Below, in pieces: positions 24,015-34,513 of a stretch of DNA of 64,000 nt. Origin of the DNA: Bryobacterales bacterium. Lineage in GTDB: Bacteria; Acidobacteriota; Terriglobia; Bryobacterales; Bryobacteraceae. The DNA lies in contig CAVPSN010000017.1 of the NCBI GenBank assembly GCA_963708385.1, positions 136,825-200,824 of the forward strand, read 5' to 3'. Positions within the stretch are counted from its first letter, which is position 1. Each line of letters starts with the position of its first letter. The notes below the pieces were generated by a model, which did no database searches, was not told where the DNA came from, and saw nothing but the letters and a program-made list of their open reading frames with translations. The position numbers were made by a program, and so were the translations under genes.

Positions 24015-27000
24015 ATGAAGGCCATCCTTAAGTACGCTGCAATATTACCTCTCAGTTGCGCTCTCTGTTACGGCGCACGTGAGAATCTCCCGATCTATTT
24101 CATTACTAGCAATTCCGCGGCGTCGGGTTGCCAACTGTTGAATATGACCGCTTCACCTCATATCACGTCCAACAGTCTCGAGTTTCCAGAAGGCCAGCGT
24201 ATCGATTTCCTGAACGCGCGATCCGACGTCACCTGCGCGGCTGAAGAGACCGAGAACCGGCTTAGCATTTTCACCGGACAGGATTCTTCAAAATGGCGTT
24301 CGCATCTACCGTTATCGCGCCGGGTTCGCTTCCATTCAGTCTACCCGGGCATCGATCTCATCTATTACGGGAATGGACCGCATTTGGAATACGATTTCGA
24401 AGTTGCGCCGCGAACCGACGCATCCCGGATTCGCTTGGGCTTTGGCAAAAACGCCGCGTTGAAACTCTCGCCCCGGGGAGATCTGCTGGTAACTGCGAAC
24501 GGTTCCACATTGATCCAACACCGGCCTCGCGTCTATCAGGGAGCCCGCCAGATCGACGCGACCTACGTAATCGACCAGAACGGCACACAGGTGCGGATCA
24601 TACTGGGGAAATACGATCGCTCGCAGCGGTTGATCGTCGATCCCGTGCTCGCCTGGCAGGCGTCGTTCTATCGCGGAGGCAGCCTGGCGAATACAATCGC
24701 AGTGGATCCCGGCGGCAACATGTGGATTCTCTCCGATTTTCCGGGACAGGGAACTGGGTTCACGAATAGGTTTGGTGGTGGTGGCGGATCCCGGGACGTC
24801 CTGTTGTTCAAGGTCGATCCGACCGGCGCCAAATTGCTCTATGCGGTGCTACTGGGTGGCGCCGGGAATGACTTCGCGAACGGCCTTGCCATTGGAAATG
24901 ACGGTAGCGCCTACATCGTAGGAATAACCGGTTCCCTGGATTTTCCCGTGACCGCGCAGGCGTTTCAGACATCCCTCCCCAGTATTAACGCAGGCGCCGC
25001 ATTCGTAACCAAGCTCTCGCCGCAAGGCGATTCTCTGGACTATTCCACCTATCTGGGCAGCACGGGCGGAGCAAACGCTACGGCCATTGCGGTGGATCGG
25101 GACGGGAACGCCTTTGTTGCCGGTACGCCGGGTGCTCCGGATTTCCCGCTTACCACCGGTTCCTGGGAGGATCATTTCAGCTATTATCCGTTGGACTCCG
25201 CCTACGCCCTGAGACCCATCGCAGGTGGATTCGTCGCAAGGCTCAACACCACAGGAACAGCCTTGCTCTATTCCACGCTGGTTGACGAAACGCCCGAGGC
25301 CCTGACGATCAATTCCGCCGGCGCCGCTTACGTCTTTGGCGCGGTCTTTCCCAATTGGAGCCCAACGAACCAATACACGCTCCAAGTTGGTGATTCGCCG
25401 ACCACGATCGTGACGCGATTGACCCCCGACGGAACTCAGGCGGACATAACCATTGCACTCAGTTGCATGGGTCCACTCTATGCACAAGCGGGTCTGATCG
25501 CATTGGATTCCAGGAATAATATCCTGGTAGCTGATTCTTCCGGATGCGCTACATTCCCGGCCGGAACTACCGGCGCCTTCCAGCCCCAGCACACACCCAC
25601 GACACCGTATGATGGCCTCATCGTAAAGATTGCCGCGGATGCCTCCGCGGTGTTGGCCGCAACTTTTGTTGGCGGCAGCGATGTGGACCAGATTGAGGCG
25701 ATTCGCGTCGCCTCCGACGACTCCGTCATGATTGCCGGCGGCACGTCGTCCAGAGACTTCCCGGTGACTTCGGATGCGCTGAACTCGAAGTACGGGGGCG
25801 GAGCGCTTCCAAATGCGAATCTAATGGGCGATGGATTCTTCGCACAGCTCAGTCCCAACCTTGATCGGCTAATTTATTCGACGTGGCTGGGAGGGAAGAA
25901 TGCGGACAATATCACCGCGCTTGCTCTCGATCTGGCTGACAACGCGTACCTCGGAGGTTCCACCCTCAGCGGACTCGAGTCACCTGGCGTATTCACATTC
26001 AACGGCACAGGGCCGCTGTGGGCCATGAAGCTGGCCCGCGATGCGGGCACGCCGCCGGTAATCACGTCGGTCACGCCCGCGACCCTCCAGGCGGGGGCAA
26101 ACGACTCTCCGATTCAAATCACCGGAGCCAATTTCTCGGGGAATGCGGTTGTTCTTGTAAACGGAGTGCCCGTGCCAACAGTACTCACGAGTTCGACCCA
26201 ACTCACTGCCACCGTGAGCGGCGCTATCCTGGCCGCTACCGCTTTGCTTGAGTTAAGAGTTCTGAATCCGAGCAGCGCGGCATCGGATCGATTCCTCCTG
26301 CCAGTTGTCACGCCGGCCGGAGCCAATCCGAATCCCAGCATCCAGAGCCTGTTGCCGAACGGTTTGCCCGCCGGCAGTCCTGGTGGAAACATCATCGTAA
26401 CGGGCTCAGGCCTCCTGGCCTCCACCACGGCGGCGATCAACGGAAATCCGCGCTCCGCGTCGTTGAATGCGGATGACACGCTCACTGTTGCCCTTACCCA
26501 AGGCGACCTGTCCACGGCCGGAACTTTGACTGTAACAGTGACTAACCCATCACCTGGCGGCGGTGTTTCCGCCCCGGCTTCCTTTCTGGTGGCGCCCGCA
26601 CTTGTCCCGCGGCAGCCTCCCGGGTTGTCGTCAGTCGGACCTTCGAGACCGGGCAGTTTCACCGATACCGCTATAGGAATCACTGTTTCCGGACTAGGAC
26701 CGTCAGCGGTAGCTCGATGGAACGGCGCGGATCGTCCCATCGATTTCGTCCACAGCACATTCACAGCGTCGGCAACGGACCTCGCCCATGCCGGCACGGC
26801 AGAGGTAACCATCTTCGATCGGGCGACCGGTTTGGAATCCAATTCCCTGCCGGTCTGGATCCCATTTGCCACAGCCGGCGCGGATATGGCTTGGAACGCT
26901 AATAACAGGCGGCTTTACCTTTCCACTGCCAATTCGGTGATTGTCGTCAATCCCGATACCGGCGATGCCGAAACTACCATTCCGACCGATATCTCGATCA

Positions 27001-29111
27001 TCCGGTTAGCGATCTCACCGGATGGCGGTTACCTCTTTGCGATGTCGTCTTCTACCGGCACGTTGCGTCGCTACCAAATTCTTACGGTTGCGCCTTGGCT
27101 GGCGAGTCCTTTGGATTATTCCATATCCGGGATCGTCGACTTTGCCCCGCTTCCCGGAAGTCCTGGATCTGTCGCGGTGTATTCCAATACCGGTCTTGTG
27201 AATGAGATCGCGATCTACGATGGCGCCATCAAGCGTCCTACCACCGCTCCGATGCCAAGGATTAACCAGGGGATGGCGCAGCGAGGACTGCAATTTTCCG
27301 GCGACGGCACGACGCTTTACTATGTCTTCGGCTATTCCACCGTGACGTTTATCAGCATGCCCGTGACCAGCAGCGGGCTTGGCCCGGCGGTTACGAAGGC
27401 ATCCGCCAACCCGACGGAACCCGACGCATTTAGCCCCGCCCGATACTTTCAAGGGCGCATATATACAATTTCCGGCGCGGTCTTCGACGCCGCCACAATG
27501 GCCCACGTGGGAAATGTACCGGCTTCGAGCTATATGCTGCCGCTGGTGAGCCCGACCAGCCTGATCATGCTCACATCGAGCCAGTATAACTGTTCGTTGC
27601 GAGCATACGATCCGGTTACTTTCCTGCCGCTGTGGGAAGAATACACCAGCCCCAGTTGCGACAGCACTTCCTATTCCTACAGCGACATATTCGACGTTGG
27701 AGGCGGGCGCGTTGCCTTCCGCATGACGAATGCGTATCTCGTTAAAGAGCCTACGCAAGCGCTTCAGTTTTCCCTCTACCCGGTAAACAGCGCGTTCCAG
27801 GCAACAATCGAACTGGGGGCAATTGACTACGCTCCGGATAATGAACTAGAGGTGCTAAGCAAGCAAACTGGTTTGCCGGGAGCGGCGATCCTTTTGCCGG
27901 ACCAATCCAGCGGTCTAGCGCTGGGAGCAGGCTACCAAGCTAATCGATACGCGCCTTTTCAGATTCCAGGCGCCCTCGACTTCGAACCAACGAATACGCC
28001 CGCGCCGGGGGACTATTTCACCGGCCACGTCGCGCTTCTGATCTCGAATACAGCTAATCCGCCGGTGCTGGCGCCGTATCGAATATCTTTCGTGAATCCA
28101 TATCCTCTACAGGCTTCGGTAAGTTCCCTTTCCTTCACGTGGCGCATCGGTGATCCCGTTCCCGCGGCGCAGTCCTTCGCGCTGACGAAGCAGGGCAAGC
28201 CGCTTGCCGCCTCATTCGCGGGTTTACCCTATCCAAGCTGGCTCACCTTTTCGAGCAGCGCTAACAGCCCGCCGGAAATCGTTGCTATTGGCGTGAGACC
28301 GGCTGGCTTGGTTCCCGGGACGTACACGGCGTCTGTAGGGCTAGGATATTCTGGGTCGTCTGCCGGAGGCGTGACTGTGCCTGTCACGCTTACCGTCGCC
28401 GGAACCGGTCCCCCATCCATAGCGAGTGTGCAGGATGCGGAGAGCGCCAACACGACGGTGGTTCCTGGGGAATGGGTGGCCATCTACGGCGCCAATCTGG
28501 CCGGCACGGCGCGAATCTGGGGGGCGAATGATTTTGGATCCAACGGCACGTTGCCAACGCAGCTTGACGGCGTCGGCGTCCAGTTCGGCGGACTGCCCGC
28601 CGCCGTGTATTATGTGAGTCCTGGGCAAATCGACGTACAGGTTCCAAGCGGACTTTCCGGCAGTGTCCCAGTTGTCGTGACGTTCCGGGGTGCGTCCACC
28701 GCGCCCTTCACTGTGAACGCCGGAACACACGCGCCATCTTTGTTTGTCTATATCGCGGGTTCCAATGTGTATCCAGCCGCGACTCATGCGGACGGCAGCC
28801 TGATCGGAGATCCGGCGATTCAGGCCGGTAGCAGTAAAGCGAAGCCGGGTGAATCGATCACGCTCTACGTCAATGGACTGGCGCCATCCCAAGGGGGAGT
28901 GCTCATTGGGGCGCCAGTGCCCTACGCCGATCCCGTCACTGTCACGATAGGGGGCATGAATGGGAGCGTCAGTTTTGCTGGACTCGTCGCTCCCGGGCTA
29001 TTCCAGCTTAATGTCCAGGTGCCGCCGAACATCACTACCGGGGACTATCCTCTGACCATAACCTCTGCGGGCCAGTCGTCGCCGGGACGGGTTATCTTGC
29101 CGATTCAATAG
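24015..29111 (+). CDS. Giant (1698 aa) secreted cell-surface protein with beta-propeller-type repeats, multiple Ig/IPT-like domains and a C-terminal Solibacter-type module.
   Basis: N-terminal signal peptide. SBBP-like repeats (GGAGNDFANGLAIGNDGSAYIVG...). C-terminus ...TIGGMNGSVSFAGLVAPGLFQLNVQVPPNIT. Uninterrupted 5.1-kb ORF. Confidence 0.8.
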   Translation: MKAILKYAAILPLSCALCYGARENLPIYFITSNSAASGCQLLNMTASPHITSNSLEFPEGQRIDFLNARSDVTCAAEETENRLSIFTGQDSSKWRSHLPLSRRVRFHSVYPGIDLIYYGNGPHLEYDFEVAPRTDASRIRLGFGKNAALKLSPRGDLLVTANGSTLIQHRPRVYQGARQIDATYVIDQNGTQVRIILGKYDRSQRLIVDPVLAWQASFYRGGSLANTIAVDPGGNMWILSDFPGQGTGFTNRFGGGGGSRDVLLFKVDPTGAKLLYAVLLGGAGNDFANGLAIGNDGSAYIVGITGSLDFPVTAQAFQTSLPSINAGAAFVTKLSPQGDSLDYSTYLGSTGGANATAIAVDRDGNAFVAGTPGAPDFPLTTGSWEDHFSYYPLDSAYALRPIAGGFVARLNTTGTALLYSTLVDETPEALTINSAGAAYVFGAVFPNWSPTNQYTLQVGDSPTTIVTRLTPDGTQADITIALSCMGPLYAQAGLIALDSRNNILVADSSGCATFPAGTTGAFQPQHTPTTPYDGLIVKIAADASAVLAATFVGGSDVDQIEAIRVASDDSVMIAGGTSSRDFPVTSDALNSKYGGGALPNANLMGDGFFAQLSPNLDRLIYSTWLGGKNADNITALALDLADNAYLGGSTLSGLESPGVFTFNGTGPLWAMKLARDAGTPPVITSVTPATLQAGANDSPIQITGANFSGNAVVLVNGVPVPTVLTSSTQLTATVSGAILAATALLELRVLNPSSAASDRFLLPVVTPAGANPNPSIQSLLPNGLPAGSPGGNIIVTGSGLLASTTAAINGNPRSASLNADDTLTVALTQGDLSTAGTLTVTVTNPSPGGGVSAPASFLVAPALVPRQPPGLSSVGPSRPGSFTDTAIGITVSGLGPSAVARWNGADRPIDFVHSTFTASATDLAHAGTAEVTIFDRATGLESNSLPVWIPFATAGADMAWNANNRRLYLSTANSVIVVNPDTGDAETTIPTDISIIRLAISPDGGYLFAMSSSTGTLRRYQILTVAPWLASPLDYSISGIVDFAPLPGSPGSVAVYSNTGLVNEIAIYDGAIKRPTTAPMPRINQGMAQRGLQFSGDGTTLYYVFGYSTVTFISMPVTSSGLGPAVTKASANPTEPDAFSPARYFQGRIYTISGAVFDAATMAHVGNVPASSYMLPLVSPTSLIMLTSSQYNCSLRAYDPVTFLPLWEEYTSPSCDSTSYSYSDIFDVGGGRVAFRMTNAYLVKEPTQALQFSLYPVNSAFQATIELGAIDYAPDNELEVLSKQTGLPGAAILLPDQSSGLALGAGYQANRYAPFQIPGALDFEPTNTPAPGDYFTGHVALLISNTANPPVLAPYRISFVNPYPLQASVSSLSFTWRIGDPVPAAQSFALTKQGKPLAASFAGLPYPSWLTFSSSANSPPEIVAIGVRPAGLVPGTYTASVGLGYSGSSAGGVTVPVTLTVAGTGPPSIASVQDAESANTTVVPGEWVAIYGANLAGTARIWGANDFGSNGTLPTQLDGVGVQFGGLPAAVYYVSPGQIDVQVPSGLSGSVPVVVTFRGASTAPFTVNAGTHAPSLFVYIAGSNVYPAATHADGSLIGDPAIQAGSSKAKPGESITLYVNGLAPSQGGVLIGAPVPYADPVTVTIGGMNGSVSFAGLVAPGLFQLNVQVPPNITTGDYPLTITSAGQSSPGRVILPIQ

Positions 29112-29247
29112 CCCCACTTTATGGATAGGCGCCAAGTCGCTCGAATCGGGCGCCGTCCGGATCGGGCTACCCAACCGCGATGTCGTTAGAGTTCACCCGT
29201 GCGTTGGCGACCACGCGCGAACCAAGGCGGTAGTTTCTTGGCCACGA

Positions 29248-29866
29248 CTATCTCACGGTCCTCAGCTTTCCAAGCCAAATGATCCGATATCTTCCACTCT
29301 CCGGTCTCCACATATGCTGTGCCGGAATGTCTGTCTCGAAGATGCTGATATCCTCCTCAATCACATACTGCTCTCCCAGGGCCGGAATGCCGCCATCAGC
29401 GCTGTTCAAAAAGGCCTTTCCATTCAGGAAACCGAGCTCTAAAGGAGTAGCGGGCTCTTTAATGCTGGCATACCCAACGCTGCTAGGGTTGTGCGGCCGC
29501 GCGCCGCCTTTTGCGTAGACACGTATCTCATATTTCACTCCGATGCTCATGTTTTGGTCTACAGCGACCTTCACTCTTCGCGAAGTGACAAGATCGAAAC
29601 CGACGGACAGACGGTTCGGCTTTCGTTCAACGCTCAGGTGGTTGGGCATCGGAATTACGACTTCATGGCGAACGGCGGGCGCGGCGTCTGCATGCCCCGA
29701 ATATCCGGGCGGATGCGGTGCAGTTGCCGTATTCTGAAAAGCCGGGTCCGATTTCACGGTTTGAGCACACGCGAGCATGCCCTGGTAGTTCTGGGTGAGT
29801 GCTACGAAGATAAGCCCGGCCACGCAACGGGCGACAGTTTGGAAGCTCAGTCGCGCGTTCATGACT
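29248..29866 (-). CDS. Hypothetical secreted or lipoprotein-like protein of about 206 aa. Local GC is lower than the surroundings.
   Basis: Hydrophobic N-terminus MNARLSFQTVARCVAGLIFVALTQN. No recognisable family. Confidence 0.4.
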
Positions 29867-30071
29867 GAATCATACCCTAGGGTGGATTGAGCGTGCGGCG
29901 CATGAATGCGAGCGCAGCGAGCGGGATATCGAATATCGAAGCGATCGGCCTCGACATCCCCGCCCATCTCCCGTTCGATCGTGCCAAGTGTACGCGGCAA
30001 TATTCAGCCTGGCACGTACCCGTCGGTTCACCCCCGAGCGCAACCCCCTGGAAACATTACGAAATCTCCTC

Positions 30072-30103
30072 TTGACGGCGATTGCAAATTGCCATAATAT
30101 AAT
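30072..30103 (+). promoter_or_regulatory. Sigma70-like promoter for the XRE regulator: TTGACG, a 17-nt spacer, then TAATAT.
   Basis: Positions 30072-30077 and 30095-30100, about 24 nt before the ATG at 30124. Confidence 0.4.
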
Positions 30104-30123
30104 CACAGATTGCGATATGATGC

Positions 30124-30648
30124 ATGCAAAGCAATATGAAACTCGGCGAAAAAATTCGCTACCTGCGGGAGGTCGAAGGGACGCTTCGCGGTCTCGACCG
30201 CGAAATCTCCCAGCTCGAGCTCGCTCGTCTGATCGAAAAGGAGTCGGGCAAATCGATCAGCCAGAGCTATCTGTCGCAGATTGAAAGCGGCGCGCGGCCG
30301 CATCTTACCAATGCCACGCGCATGCTGCTGGCGCGCTTTTTCAAGGTGCATCCCGGCTATCTGGTGGACGACCCGGAGGGTTTCCAGAACGAGCTGATCT
30401 CAGATGTCGGCGCGCTCGAAGACAAGCTCGATCTCTGGCTGGTGAGCGGCGCGGAGCGGTTCCGCACGCGAGCCGGCATTGCACCATGCGCTGCTCGCCA
30501 TCGCGCAAGCACAACGATTCGCGCGCGTGCCTGGTGCTGCTGGCGAACGATTCTGGAAAACCCGGGGCTGGCCGAACGGCTGATGGAAGTTTTGAAGCCG
30601 GAGACGCCAAGGCAAGAGGTCCCACGCAAAAACGGGAGGCGTTCATGA
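30124..30648 (+). CDS. XRE-family helix-turn-helix transcriptional regulator.
   Basis: HTH ISQLELARLIEKESGKSISQSYLSQIESG. Its TGA overlaps the ATG of the next gene (ATGA). The middle of the C-terminal half may carry an indel pair. Confidence 0.6.
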   Translation: MQSNMKLGEKIRYLREVEGTLRGLDREISQLELARLIEKESGKSISQSYLSQIESGARPHLTNATRMLLARFFKVHPGYLVDDPEGFQNELISDVGALEDKLDLWLVSGAERFRTRAGIAPCAARHRASTTIRARAWCCWRTILENPGLAERLMEVLKPETPRQEVPRKNGRRS

Positions 30649-31242
30649 ACTGGTCGGATTTTTATCTCGTGTGCTTTCTTGTCGGATTCGGCTTGAGCGT
30701 ACTGTCGCTGTTGGGCGGCAGCGCGCACCTGCACTTGCCGCATCTGCACTTGCATCACGGCGCGCACATGGGCCGCGGCGGAAACTCGTGGTTCAATTTC
30801 GGCACCATCGCCGCGTTTCTCGCCTGGTTCGGCGGCACGGGCTATCTGCTGGAACACTATTACGGCGTATGGTTCGTGCTCGCGCTGGGTATTTCGATCG
30901 TCAGCGGCATCGGCGCAGCGGCGGTGGTGTTCTGGTTTCTCGCCAAGGTGCTGATGTCGCGCGAGGCGCCGCTCGACCCGGCCGATTACGACATGGTCGG
31001 CGTGCTGGGAAGCTTGAGCTGCCCATCCGCGCGGGCGGCACCGGCGAATTGATCTATTCGCAGGAGGGGACCCGCCGCGTGCGCCGGCGCGCGCAGCGAA
31101 GATGGCGAGGCCATCCCCAAAGGCAGCCGAAGTGATCGTCACCCGCTACGAAAAAGGCATCGCCTACGTGCGCCCGTGGGACGATTCGCGGCCGGCATTG
31201 CCGGATCGCCAGAATCGCAGAGTAACTAAAGGAGAAGAGTAA
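30645..31242 (+). pseudogene. NfeD-like membrane protein (partner of SPFH/flotillin proteins), frameshifted near 31020 and 31075.
   Basis: Multi-TM N-terminus (MNWSDFYLVCFLVGFGLSVLSLLGG...). The C-terminal OB-like part ...IRAGGTGELIYSQEGTRRV... / ...EDGEAIPKGSEVIVTRYEKGIAYVRPWDD lies in other frames. The RBS GGGAGG precedes the ATG. Confidence 0.6.
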
Positions 31243-31262
31243 GTCGAAACGGAGTAACTTTT

Positions 31263-32707
31263 ATGGACAACCAAGTGTTCGTGATCGGCGGCTGATGTAC
31301 TCGTCGCTGCTGTTTCTGATGGCCATGTTCGCCAGGCTGTACCGCAAGGCGGGGCCGCACGAGGCGCTGATCGTTTACGGCTTCCGCGGCACGCGCGTCA
31401 TCAAGGGCCGCGGCACCGTGATCTTTCCCATGGTGGAGAGCTGCCGCGGGCTGTCGCTCGAACTGATGTCGTTCGACGTCGCGCCGCAGCAGGATCTCTA
31501 CACCCGGCAGGGCGTCGCGGTGACGGTGGAAGCCGTGGCGCAGATCAAGGTGAAGTCGGATCCGGAATCGATCCTCACCGCCGCCGAGCAGTTCCTCACC
31601 AAGCCGCCGCAGGAGCGCGAAGGCCTGATCCGGCTGGTGATGGAAGGCCATCTGCGCGGCATCATCGGCCAGCTGACGGTGGAAGAGATCGTCAAGCAGC
31701 CGGAAATGGTGGGCGAGCGGATGCGCTCCACCTGCGCCGACGACATGAACAAGATGGGCCTCGAAGTGATCTCGTTCACCATCAAGGAAGTCCGCGACAA
31801 GAACGAATACATCACCAACATGGGCCGGCCCGATGTCGCCCGCATCAAGCGCGATGCCGACGTCGCCGCCGCCGAAGCCGATCGCGACACCGCCATCAAG
31901 CGCGCCGAGGCGTCGCGCGAAGCCGCCGTCGCCAAGGCCCAGGCCGATCAGGAGCGCGTGCTCGCCGAGACGCTGTCGCAGGCCAAGCAGGCCGAAGCGC
32001 AGCGCGATCTCGAAATCAAGAAGGCCGAATATCTCGAAACCGTCAAGAAGCAGCAGGCGCAGGCGGACAAGGCCTACGAGATCCAGACCAACATCATGCA
32101 GCAGCAGGTGCGCGCCGAGGAGGTCACGATCCACCAGGTGGAGAAGGAGCACGAGGTCAAGGTGCAGGAGGCGGAAATTCAGCGCCGCGAGCGCGAACTG
32201 ACCGCCACCGTGCTGAAGCAGGCCGAGTTCGAGCGCCGGCGCATCGAGACCCTCGCCGAAGCCGAAAGCCAGCGTACCGATCATCGAAGCCGAAGGCCGC
32301 GCCGCCGCCATCCGCGCGCAGGGCGAAGCCGAAGCCGAGATCATCTTCAAGAAGGGCGAGGCCGAAGCCAAGGCGATGAACGTGAAGGCCGAGGCCTACC
32401 AGGAGTTCAACCAGGCGGCGATCGTCGACAAGCTGATCACCGCCATGCCGGAAATCGTGCGGGCGCTGGCGGCGCCGCTCGCCAACGTGGACAAGATCAC
32501 GATCGTCTCCACCGGCAACGGCGACTCCGCCGGCATGCAACAAGATTACCGGCGACATCACGCAAGATGGCGGCGCAGATTCCCGCGCTCTTCGAGACGC
32601 TCTCGGGCATGCCGATGAGCGAACTGTTCGCGAAGATGCGCACCATCGGCGACAGCACGCCCAAGCCCGACGATAAGTCGAAGGGCGCGAGCGCACTAAG
32701 ACGATAA
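31263..32707 (+). pseudogene. Flotillin-like SPFH/band-7 protein with frameshifts near 31290, 32275, 32540 and 32575.
   Basis: SPFH core (ALIVYGFRGTRVIKGRGTVIFPMVE...), then a coiled-coil Ala/Glu-rich region. Individual single-base insertions can be seen by comparing frames (atgCaacaag, caaGatggcg). Confidence 0.7.
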
Positions 32708-32718
32708 GGAAGAAGACT

Positions 32719-33383
32719 ATGGCACTTTTGGAACGCGTTGCCACACTGGTCCGGGCCAATCTCAACGACCTGATCGATCAGGGCCGAAGAGCCGGAAAAA
32801 ATGATCAAGCAGGTGATTCTCGACATGGAGAACCAGCTGCTCCAGGTCAAGACGCAGGTGGCGATCTCGATCGCCGACCAGCACGTGCTCGAGAAGAAGC
32901 TGCAGGAAAGCGAGGAGAACGAGAAGCAATGGATGCGCCGCGCCGAAATGGCGGTGGACAAGAAGGACGACAATCTGGCGCGCGCGGCGGTGGAGCGCTC
33001 CATGAGCTATCAATCGATGACCGCGAGTTTCCGCCAGCAGGTGGAGGATCAGAAGACGCAGGTGGAGAACCTGAAGACGGCGCTGCTCAAGCTGCAGCAG
33101 AAGCTTGAAGAAGCCCGCGCCAAGAGCCATACGTTGATCGCCCAACATCGCCGGACGCGCGCCGCGGAAAAGGCCGGCCGCGGCCGGCGTGCATGTGAAC
33201 GGCGGCGCGAACGCCGCGGCGTTCGACCGCATGAAGGAGAAGGTGCGCCACACGGAAGCCACCGCCGCCGCGCAGGCCGAACTTGTGGCCGACGACGTAG
33301 AAGAGCAATTCGCCAAGCTCGAAAAGGAAGACGAGATCAATCGCTTGCTGGCGGAGCTGAAATCGAGGCGCAAAGCCAGCTGA
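32719..33383 (+). pseudogene. pspA: PspA/IM30 family protein with frameshifts near 32780 and 33180.
   Basis: MALLERVATLVRANLNDLID... continues in another frame as ...KMIKQVILDMENQLLQVKTQVAISIADQHVLEKKL.... The C-terminus ...FDRMKEKVRHTEATAAA... follows. Confidence 0.65.
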
Positions 33384-33402
33384 TTCAGGCGGAGAGGCAT
33401 TT

Positions 33403-33801
33403 ATGACCTACAAAGGACGGAACGACCTCTGGTTCATCGCATCATTCGCCCTGGCCACGGCCGCACTGCTCTTCATGGGTAAGTATTGGATCGGCGGCCC
33501 GCTGCTTCTCGTCTTCACACTGTGCGTGCTGCCGCAGACTTACGAGGTAGCCTCCGACGGCGTACACATCCGCGCCGGATTGGTGCGGCGCTACATTCCA
33601 TACAATGTGATCACCTATGTAGGCCCATGCGGCGGCGGACAAAATCTGGCGTTAACGCTCGACGGCGTCTGCCTCCGCTACGGCCTGAACTCCGAGATCC
33701 GCATCGCCCCCGCCGACGCGCCGGGTTTCATCGCCGATGTAGCCAGCCGCACTCCACACCTGGTGAAGCGCGGCACGAACCTGGTGCTGACTCCAGCGTG
33801 A
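33403..33801 (+). CDS. Small membrane protein with two N-terminal TM helices and a PH-like soluble domain.
   Basis: Hydrophobic segments LWFIASFALATAALLFMGKYWIGGPLLLVFTLCVL. No motif recognised. Confidence 0.45.
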   Translation: MTYKGRNDLWFIASFALATAALLFMGKYWIGGPLLLVFTLCVLPQTYEVASDGVHIRAGLVRRYIPYNVITYVGPCGGGQNLALTLDGVCLRYGLNSEIRIAPADAPGFIADVASRTPHLVKRGTNLVLTPA

Positions 33802-33886
33802 GAACGACGGGCCTCCGGCCTGTCGACGCGCGAAGGCGCAGGCTCTGACACGATAAAGGTGGAGGAAATCGTGAACGAAGAGCCGC

Positions 33887-34039
33887 CATGGAGGATGGAA
33901 CGGTCTTCGAGATGAAGGCCGGCGACCTTTTCTACATTCCGCCCGGGCACGATAGCTGGGTTATCGGCGACGAGCCCTACATATCGATTCATTTGATGGG
34001 CGCGAGCGATTATGCCAGTCACACAGCTACAGTGAAATA
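33887..34039 (+). pseudogene. C-terminal remnant of a cupin-fold protein (about 50 aa).
   Basis: ...FEMKAGDLFYIPPGHDSWVIGDEPYISIHLMG is typical of a cupin beta-barrel C-terminus. The N-terminal half is missing. Confidence 0.3.
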
Positions 34040-34040
34040 G

Positions 34041-34510
34041 ATGAACCTGTCGTCACTGAGATCGACGGCGATCCTACTGGCCGCGGCTATTGCCATCGCG
34101 GCGTCCCAATCGCTATCTCGATTTTGAAGTAGCGTCGGTCAAACCTTCCGGCCCCAAGAGCGTCCGTGGAGAGAGCGGCGGGCCGGGAAAAAAGGATCCA
34201 ACCCTCTATCGTTATGTTAACCCGCTTGCGGGCGCGGCAGGAGCCGTTTTCTGTGCTGGCGGACATTCTGCACACGCCGGGAGACGAACGGGTTGTCGAT
34301 AAGACCGGCGTCACCGGCAAATACGCTTTCACGCTCGAGTGTGGCAACGAGATGCCGGGCGTCTCCCGCGGAAGCGACGCTTCGACGCCCATCGCCGCCA
34401 GCTTCTTTACCGCTTTACCCCAGGAACTCGGTTTGCAACTGATCGCTAGGAAACTGCCGTTCGACGTGGTGGTGGTCGACTCCGTAGACCGCGCGCCGGT
34501 CGAGAATTAG
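34041..34510 (+). pseudogene. Decayed member of the Solibacter paralogous family (TIGR03435-like), with an internal stop and a deletion.
   Basis: Signal peptide MNLSSLRSTAILLAAAIAIAASQS, then ...FEVASVKPSGP... in a second frame and ...DKTGVTGKYAFTLE...LPQELGLQLIARKLPFDVVVVDSVDRAPVEN in a third. The total is far shorter than an intact member. Confidence 0.45.
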
Positions 34511-34513
34511 TTC

